Assembly (NCBI GenBank): GCA_016795385.1
Contig: JAEUHI010000073.1
Location: 15,322 to 79,321, forward strand
Origin: Verrucomicrobiales bacterium
GTDB lineage: Bacteria > Verrucomicrobiota > Verrucomicrobiia > Verrucomicrobiales > DEV007
Reading direction: 5' to 3'
DNA length: 64,000 nucleotides
Below are positions 17,857 through 26,800 of the stretch, piece after piece. Position 1 is the stretch's first letter, and each line of letters starts with the position of its first letter. The position numbers were made by a program, and so were the translations under genes. Under the pieces are notes generated by a model, which was given only the letters and a program-made list of their open reading frames with translations, was not told the origin of the DNA and made no database searches.

Positions 17857-20800
17857 ATGCGCACTTTTTGCCATCCTTTGAAGTCGTTTGTTCGAGCGAC
17901 TCTTTTTGCCGCGATTGGAGTGGTCGCGTCTTTCACTCTGCAACCGGCGAGGGCTCAATATGCTGGTGGGGTGTGGACGGCGGTTCCGGATTTCGGTTTC
18001 AACAATATCGATGGACTCAGCAGCAAGCTGTCGCAGAACGGACAAGTGGGAATCTTCGGCTGCTGGGGAGGGCCGCTCTTCCGGACTTTGGATGGTGGCA
18101 CGACGTGGAATCAAACCCTCACCGGGATCACGCCGAACGGCATCGCGATGTCTTCGAACGGACAGAAGATTTTCCTCGCGGTACGGGATTTTCCGATCCA
18201 CGTGTCCACCAACAGCGGCACGAATTGGTCCCCGGTCTCCGGGCTTGCGAGCTTTTGGGCGGACGTCGATTGCTCTGCCGACGGACTGATTGCCATTGCC
18301 TGCCGGGGTAACACCGGTACGGTCCACGTGACGACGAATGGCGGGCTGAATTCCGGGGACTGGACCGAGCAAGTCATCGCGGGGGCCACCAACATCAATT
18401 TTGTCGCCTGTTCCTCGGACGGTACGAAGCGATTCGCCGCTTCGAGCAATGGATTTATCTACACGTGGGATAGTGGCAGCGGCTGGGTTCAACGGGATTC
18501 TTCGCGTCAATGGGCCGGGCTGACGTCCTCCTCCGATGGGACCAAACTGGCCGCCACGGTTTCGGGTGGCAACGTATACACCTCCACGGATTCGGGGGCG
18601 ACCTGGACCGCTCGCGCCACCTCCGACTCGTGGACCCGCATCGACAGCAGCGATGATGGTTCCGTCTTGATCACCTCGGTCTCTAGTGGGACTGCGAAAG
18701 GGCTTTACACCTCCTACGATTCCGGCGTGACGTGGACCCTTCGTGCCTCCTCCTTGAATCCCTCGAATCCCCTGCACTGGCGGGGCGCCTCGGTCTCCGG
18801 CGATGGCACACGGATGTTTGCTCCCATCGGCGGCGGCACCGCCCCGCAGGCGCTCTACATGTCCGACACGAGTCCCGGCCCTTCCCAAGCTCCCGCCGGC
18901 ACCGATAGGACGGTCACAGCCACGAGTGGCACCTACTCATTCACAAAAACCGACTTTGGCTTTACTGACTCCGACTCGCCGACAAACAATTTCACCGCTG
19001 TGAAAATTACGACGCTCCCCGGCGGATCGCTTACCCTCGGCGGAAATCCCGTCACGGCAGGTCAGGTCATTCCGGTGACAACTCTGCCTGCGGGCGAGAC
19101 ATGGGCGTCCACGACTCCGCCCAGCGATTACCCTACCTCTTTCGCCCTTTCCGAGAATGGCAGCACCATTTTGATGACGGGTTGGAATGGAGGTATCTAC
19201 CGCTCGACCGACGGGGGCACCACGTGGACGAACAGGCTCAGTGCCACCTTTCGAGGGGCTGTCGCGATCACTCCCGACGGAACCCGGGCGATCGCCGTGC
19301 GGCGTCCGGGAGCGGTTTACACATCGACCGACTCCGGCGAGACGTTCGTTTCCCAGGGGACGAACCGGTTTTACACCTGTGTCGCGATCTCGAACGACGG
19401 GATGAAAGCCATTGCCGGAACGGATGGGGACTCGCTCTATCTCACGACCGATGGCGGGATTACCTGGAATGCCGTCACGGATCCTGTCGCCGGGACGGGA
19501 AGCTGGACCGATGTGGCTTGTTCGGCCGACGGGACGAAACTGATCGCATCGAAATACAACGGTACCCTCTACACCTCGACCGACTCAGGGGCGACGTGGA
19601 CGGCGCGCGATGTCGCCCGCGCGTGGTTCGGCGTCTCCTCGTCCGGGGATGGAACGAAGCTGGCCGCCGCGGTCAACGGAGGAAACATCTATACTTCCAC
19701 GGATTCCGGAGCTACGTGGACGCCACGCGCCACCAGCCAGAATTGGGCGACGATCAACTCGAGCAGCGATGGGAATGTCCTCATCGCGACGTTGGGTATC
19801 GGAAACGTCTACACCTCGACCGACGCGGGATTGACCTGGACCGACCGGGATAGCAGCCGGAATTGGGTGGCGTCGGGTGTCTCCTACAATGGTGGGAAAA
19901 TGATCGCCGGAGTGGGAGGGGCGTCGGGCGGTCTTCCTGCTGGGGGACCACAGGCCTTCCTTTCCAACGGCCCCCCACCCGTTTTCCCTGTATGGACCGG
20001 ATCCTCGAATACGAGCTTCACCTTCCAGGTGCGCGACGATGGCAGCACCGCCAACGGCGGGGTCACCGAAGATCCGACGGCTAACACGATGACGATCCAG
20101 ATCCCGAACGTCGCTCCCACCGACATCTCTCTGAGTAGCACCGCGATCAATGAAAATGCCGGGGCGAATGCCGTGGTCGGAGCCCTCGCCGCGACGGATG
20201 GAGACAGCGGCGACACGCACACCTTCAGCCTCGTGGCGGGTTCAGGCGATACCGACAATGGCAGCTTCAACATCAACGGTGCGAATCTCCGCCTCAACGC
20301 GAGCGCCGACTATGAGACGAAGACGAGCTACAATGTCCGCATCCAGGCGAATGACGGCAAGGGAGGGCTGTTTCAGAAAGCGTTCACCATCACGGTTATC
20401 AATCTCAATGATGTCGTGCCGGTGATCACGGCGGTGAGCCGGTATCTCATCACGGGAGGTGCCAATGCGAATGCGAACGCCATGCGCCTGATGCGTCTGA
20501 ATGCGGATGGCAGCGCGATCCTCTCGAATACCGCCCTACCCTCCCTTGTCTTGACGGCGGGATCCGGTAATGCCGTTTACAATCCGACCAGCGGATACTT
20601 GGTCTTCGGGGGAAATACACTCGATCTGAATTCCTACCTTGCGGGTGGATCCTTTGCAGTGAGCGCTGTATCGGGATTGGCCAACAATTCCCCGTGGTCG
20701 GCGCACTTGCCGAGCGGTCGTTTCGTGACGCCGCGTCGCAACGGGACAAGTAATGCTCCGGTCGAGACGCTTAATCCGCTTACCGGTATCATTACGAGCG

Positions 20801-23800
20801 GAGCCAATCACTCGGCCTTTATTCCCGAGGCATCGTGGATCTACAACGGCAATCTCTATAACCTCAATGAGGGTTACGGCCTCCTGCAGATTCCCGTGGC
20901 GGCGGATGGCAGCACCACCGGGTCGATGACCAGCGCTCCGTCGAATTTCACCACTGCATTGGGGATTCCCCACGGGAACGGTACCTATACCGAAGTCTCC
21001 CGTCTAGCGATTGATCCATCGGACGGCACGGCACTCTTTTCGAACGGGTTCCAGAATCTTTACCTTTTCGATTTCGACGGACCTTATGCAATGGGCGGAT
21101 ACACCCTGGTCAATCTTTATTCGCACATCCTCACGAGCGGGGGTGGGTTTACCTACAATCCCGCCCTGACGAACGGATCCAATGTCACCTACGATTCCGC
21201 GGCAGAGGTCTTTTATGCCGCGGGCTCGCTCTCGAACGGCACCGACTACCGCGGATTCCTCGTGCGGATCACGAAGGCGGGGGCGGTCACCGTCCTGGCG
21301 CAGGAATTGGCCGGCGATCCGGTCTACACCGGATTCCTCGCGGGGCTCGCGTATGCCCAGGTATCCGGCAACACCTTCTCCCTCACCGAAAACAGCGCCA
21401 ATGGCACCACGGTCGGCACCCTCACCGCCACCGACGGAGATGCCGGAGCCACCACCTTTTCGGACTGGACGATCACGGGCGGCAACACCGGTGGCGCCTT
21501 CGCGATCAACGCCACGAACGGCCAGATCACGGTGGCGAACACTGCCGCGGTCGATTTCGAGACGACACCGGTTTTCAATTTGACCGTCACCGTCTCGGAC
21601 GGTGTCAACACCTCGGCGCCCATCAGTGTGACGATCAATCTCGCCAACGCCAACGAACCCGCGACGGACATCACCCTGAGTGGTAGCACGATCCTGGAGA
21701 ATGCTGCGGCGAATACCGTCGTGGGCACGCTCGCGGCCACGGGCGATCCGGATGCGGGAGCGACCCACACGTTCTCCCTCGTCGCGGGAATCGGAAGCAC
21801 GGACAACGCCGCTTTCAACATCAATGGCAATGACCTCCGCCTCACTGGCTCCGCCAACTTCGAAGCGAAGAACTCCTACAGCATCCGTCTCCGCGCCACC
21901 GACAATCTCGGTGCGACCTATGACGAGGTGTTCACCATCCTTGTGGCCGACGTCAACGAGCCGCCGACAAGCATCAGCCTCAGCGCCACCTCGCTGCCTG
22001 AAAACAGTGGCGCGAACGCCGTCGTCGGCACGATTTCGGCAATTGGGGATCCGGACGTCGGTTCCGCCCATACGTTTGAGCTCGTTGCAGGAACGGGAGA
22101 CGAAGACAATTCCGCGTTCAATGTAAGCACGCATTTTCTCCGTCTCACCGCCAATGGGGACTTTGAAGCCAAGCCCAGCTATTCGATTCGTCTCCGGGCC
22201 AACGACGGTCTTGGCGGATCGGTGGAGCAGCAGTTCACCATCACCCTGACCAACGTGAACGAACCTCCCACTGGTCTCAACCTCAGCAACAGTTCCATTG
22301 ACGAAAACATCGCGCCCAACTCCACCGTGGGGTCTCTTACCGCAACGGGAGATCCGGATGCCGGTGCCTCTCACACCTACAGCCTCGTTTCCGGTACCGG
22401 CGATACGGACAATGCGGCCTTCAACATCCTCGGTAATGCCCTCCGTCTGACCGGTGTCGCCGATTTCGAGACGAAAGCAAGCTACAGCGTCCGGATCCAG
22501 GCGAGTGACGGGCTGGGCGGCACGTTTGCCGATGCCTATACGATCACGGTGAACAATTTGCCCGAAGGGGCCACCGACATCACCCTGACCAACGCCTCTC
22601 TCCCCGAGAACAACACGCCGCCGACCACGGTCGGGACGCTGGCGGCGATCGGCGATCCCAATCCCGGTGATACCCAAACGCTCTCGCTTGTGTCGGGCAC
22701 TGGATCGACCGACAACGGTGCCTTCCTCATCGACGGCACCACGCTTCGCCTCAATGTGGCGGCGAATTTCGAGGCGAAGTCGACCTACAGCATTCGCGTG
22801 CAGGCCGATGACGGCAACGGAGGTCTCTTCTCAAAGGCCCTCACCATTTCCATCACCAACGTGAACGAACCGCCGACCGACCTCAGCCTCAGCAATACAA
22901 TCCTGCCGGAGAACAGTGGCGCGAATGCCATCATCGGCACGGTCGCGGCGCTGGGCGATCCTGATGCGGGAGCGACGCACGTCTTCACTCTCGTAACCGG
23001 TACCGGCAGCACCGACAACACCCTCTTCAACCTCACTGGAAGCACCCTGCGCAAGCTGACCAACGCGGACTACGAGGATCGCACAAGCTATTCGATCCGG
23101 ATCCGGGCCGACGACGGTCTCGGCGGGGTCTTCGAGAAACCCTTCACGATCACGGTGACGGACGTCAACGAAGCTCCGACCGACATCTCCCTCAGCGGCA
23201 ACACCGTCCCGGAAAATGCGGGGGCGAATGTCTTGATCGGCAGTCTTGCCGCCTTGGGCGATCCCGATGCAGGGGCCTCCCACACCTTCTCCCTCGTCGC
23301 AGGGACCGGCGGCACCGACAACGGCGCTTTCAATCTCCTCGGCGCTTCCCTGCGCCTCACCGCCAGCGCTGATTTCGAGGCGAAGCCCAGCTACAGCATC
23401 CGGGTGCGGGCCAGCGATGGGATCGACGGCACCTTTGAGAAGGTCTTCACCATCTCGGTCACGAATGTGAACGAGGCTCCCACCGACATCAGTCTCAGCA
23501 ATGCCACGGTGCCGGAAAATGCCGGAGCCAATGCGGTGGTGGGAACGGTGGCCGCGGTCGGGGATCCCGACGCCGGTGCCACGCACACCTACAGTCTCGT
23601 CGCCGGGGCGGGGGATACGGACAACGCCGCCTTCAATCTCAGCGGCGCGAGCCTCCGACTCACCGCCAGTGCCGACTTCGAAACCAAGGCGAGCTACACG
23701 GTGCGGGTGCGCGCGAGCGATGGGATCGACGGGTTCTTCGAGAAGGCCTTCACGATCACGGTCACCAACGTGAACGAAGCCCCCACCGATCTGACGATCA

Positions 23801-26800
23801 ACGATGCCACCGTCGATGAAAATGCCGGGGCCAACGCCGTGGTGGGTTCCTTCACGACCGTGGGCGATCCCGATGCAGGTGCGGTGCATACCTATACGCT
23901 CGTCTCCGGAGTCGACGACGACGACAACACCGCCTTCAACATCAACGGAGCCAACCTGCGTCTCACCGCGAGCGCGAACTTCGAGGTGAAGTCGAGCTAC
24001 AAGGTGCGCGTGCGGACCGATGATGGACAGCTCGGCACCTTTGAGAAGGCCTTCACGATCACGGTCAACAATGTCAATGAAGCGCCCACTGACTTGACTC
24101 TCGGCAACTCGTCGGTCCCCGAAAACGCGGGAGCGAATGCGGTCGTAGGTACCCTCACCGCGACGGGTGATCCCGATGCCGGTGCGACGCACAGCTACGC
24201 CCTCGTCGCCGGCACGGGTGACACGGACAATGCCGCTTTCAACATCGACGGTGCTTCGCTCCGACTCACGGCCAGCGCGGACTTCGAAGTGAAATCGAGC
24301 TACATCGTGCGGGTGCGCGCCGATGATGGTCTGGGCGGCACGTTCGACAAGGCCTTCACCATTTCCGTCACGAACGTGAACGAGGCCCCCACCGACATCA
24401 GCCTCAGCAATGCCTCGATTCCCGAGAACGCGGGAGCAAACGCCATCATCGGGGCGCTCTCGGCCCTCGGTGATCCGGACGCGGGTGCGACCCACACCTT
24501 CGCTCTGGTCAGCGGGACCGGATCGACCGACAACGGGGCTTTCATCCTCAGTGGCAATTCGCTGCGGCTCAGCGCCAGCGCGGACTTCGAGACGAAATCC
24601 AGCTACAGCATCCGGGTCGAAGCGAACGACGGACTCGGCGGCACCTTCGCCAAGGCCTTCACGATTTCGATCACGAATGTGAACGAGGCCCCCACTGACA
24701 TCAGTCTCTCCAACACCTCGGTGCCCGAGAATGGTGGCATCAACCTGGTCGTGGGTTCGCTCGCCGCTCTCGGCGATCCCGATGCTGGTGCCGCGCACAC
24801 CTTCAGCCTCGTGGCAGGCACCGGTTCGACGGACAATGCCGCTTTCAACATCGATGGCACTTCGTTGCGCCTCAGTGCGAGCGCGAACTTCGAAGTGAAA
24901 TCGAGCTACAGCGTCCGGGTGGAAGCGAGCGATGGGTTGGGTGGCACCTTTGCCAAGGCTTTCACCATTGCGGTCACGAACGTGAACGAGTCTCCGACCG
25001 ATATCAGCTTGAGCAATGCCTCGATCCCTGAAAACGGGGGCATCAATGCCCTTGTCGGAGATCTCTCCGCCATCGGTGATCCCGACGCCGGCGCGACCCA
25101 CACCTTCGCCTTGGTCAGCGGAGCCGGCTCGACCGACAACGCCGCCTTCATTCTCAGCGGCAATTCGCTGCGATTGAGTGCGAGCGCGGATTTCGAGACG
25201 AAATCCAGCTACAGTGTCCGGGTCGAGGCGAGCGATGGGTTGGGTGGCACCTTTGCCAAGGCCTTCACGATCTCGATCACGAACGTGAACGAAGCCCCGA
25301 ATGACATCAGTCTCTCGAACACCACGGTGCCTGAGAATGGCGGAAACAATCTTCTCGTCGGCTCCCTCGCGGCCCTCGGTGATCCCGATGCCGGTGCCAC
25401 GCACGCCTTCAGCCTCGTGGCGGGGACCGGTTCGACGGACAATGCCGCGTTCAGCATCGATGGCACTTCGTTGCGCCTCAGCGCGAGCGCGGACTTCGAG
25501 GTGAAATCGAGCTACAGCGTCCGGGTCGAAGCGAACGACGGACTCGGAGGCACTTTCGCCAAGGCCTTCACCATCCTCATTTCGAACGTGAACGAACCAC
25601 CGACCGATATCAGCCTGAGCAACAACTCCGTGCCTGAAAACGCGGGCATCAATGCCCTTGTCGGAAATCTCTCGGCCCTCGGTGATCCCGATGGCGGAGC
25701 GACCCATTCCTTCACCCTTGTGGCTGGACCAGGCAGCACCGACAACGCCGACTTCAACATCAGCGGTGCTTCGCTCCGCCTCAATGCGAGCGCGAACTTC
25801 GAGGTGAAGGCGCTTTACCAGATCCGGGTCCGGGCCGATGACGGTGCGGGTGGAACCTACGAGAAACCTTTCGTCGTCAACATCACCGATGTGAACGAGG
25901 CTCCGTCGGTGACGAATGTTTCGGCGACGGGCGACGAAGACGCCGTCGGTATCACCGTGACCTTCTCCGGCAACGATCCCGACAGCAACCCGCTCACTTA
26001 CAGCATCGTCGCCGGTCCTCTCGCCTCCGAGGGAACCCTCGGGGCGATCACGGCCAACACGGTCGTCTTCACTCCCGCGGCCAACTTTAACGGCGTGGTG
26101 AACTTCACCTACAAGGCCACCGATGGCAGCCTCGAGAGCAACACGGGGACGGCGACCGTCACGGTGAACGCGGTGAATGATGCGCCGACGATCACCGATG
26201 TGTCCGGGCTTTCCATCCTCGAAGATGGCACGACCGGTCCGCTGGCCTTCACCATCGGCGACGTCGATGCCGGGGCGGTCCTGAGTGTGAGCGCGTGGAC
26301 GAACAACCAGACGCTCGCCCCCGATGGCGAGCTCGTCCTCGGTGGCAGTGGCTCCGCGCGCACCATCACGGTCACGCCCGAGCCGGATCAGAACGGGGCG
26401 GTGACGGTCACCGTGCAGGTCAGCGATGGCCTTCTCACAGCGCAGGATACCTTTGTCGTGAATGTCACTCCGGTGAACGACGAGCCGACCTTCGAGCTTT
26501 CGGGCATGCCGCTCTTCTCTCCCCTCGATCCGAACGCCGAAGGGCGTGTCTGGGCGTGGGGCTTGAACAACGACGGCCAGATCGGCGACGGGTCCATCGG
26601 CACGGCCGGACAGCCGGTGCAGGTGGGCAGCCAGACCGACTGGCACAAGGTGGCCACGGGTGATCAATTCACCCTGGCGATCAAGAGTGATGGCACGCTC
26701 TGGTCGTGGGGAGACAACTTCTATGGCGAACTCGGGGACGGCACCACGACCGATCGCGACGTCCCTGTCCAGATCGGAGCTGAAAACGACTGGGAATCCG

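Noticed and set aside
21652-25893. Regular 303-bp periodicity considered as a possible CRISPR or non-coding satellite
   Set aside because: The period is far too long for CRISPR and there are no unique spacers. The whole array is one open reading frame encoding folded cadherin-like units.
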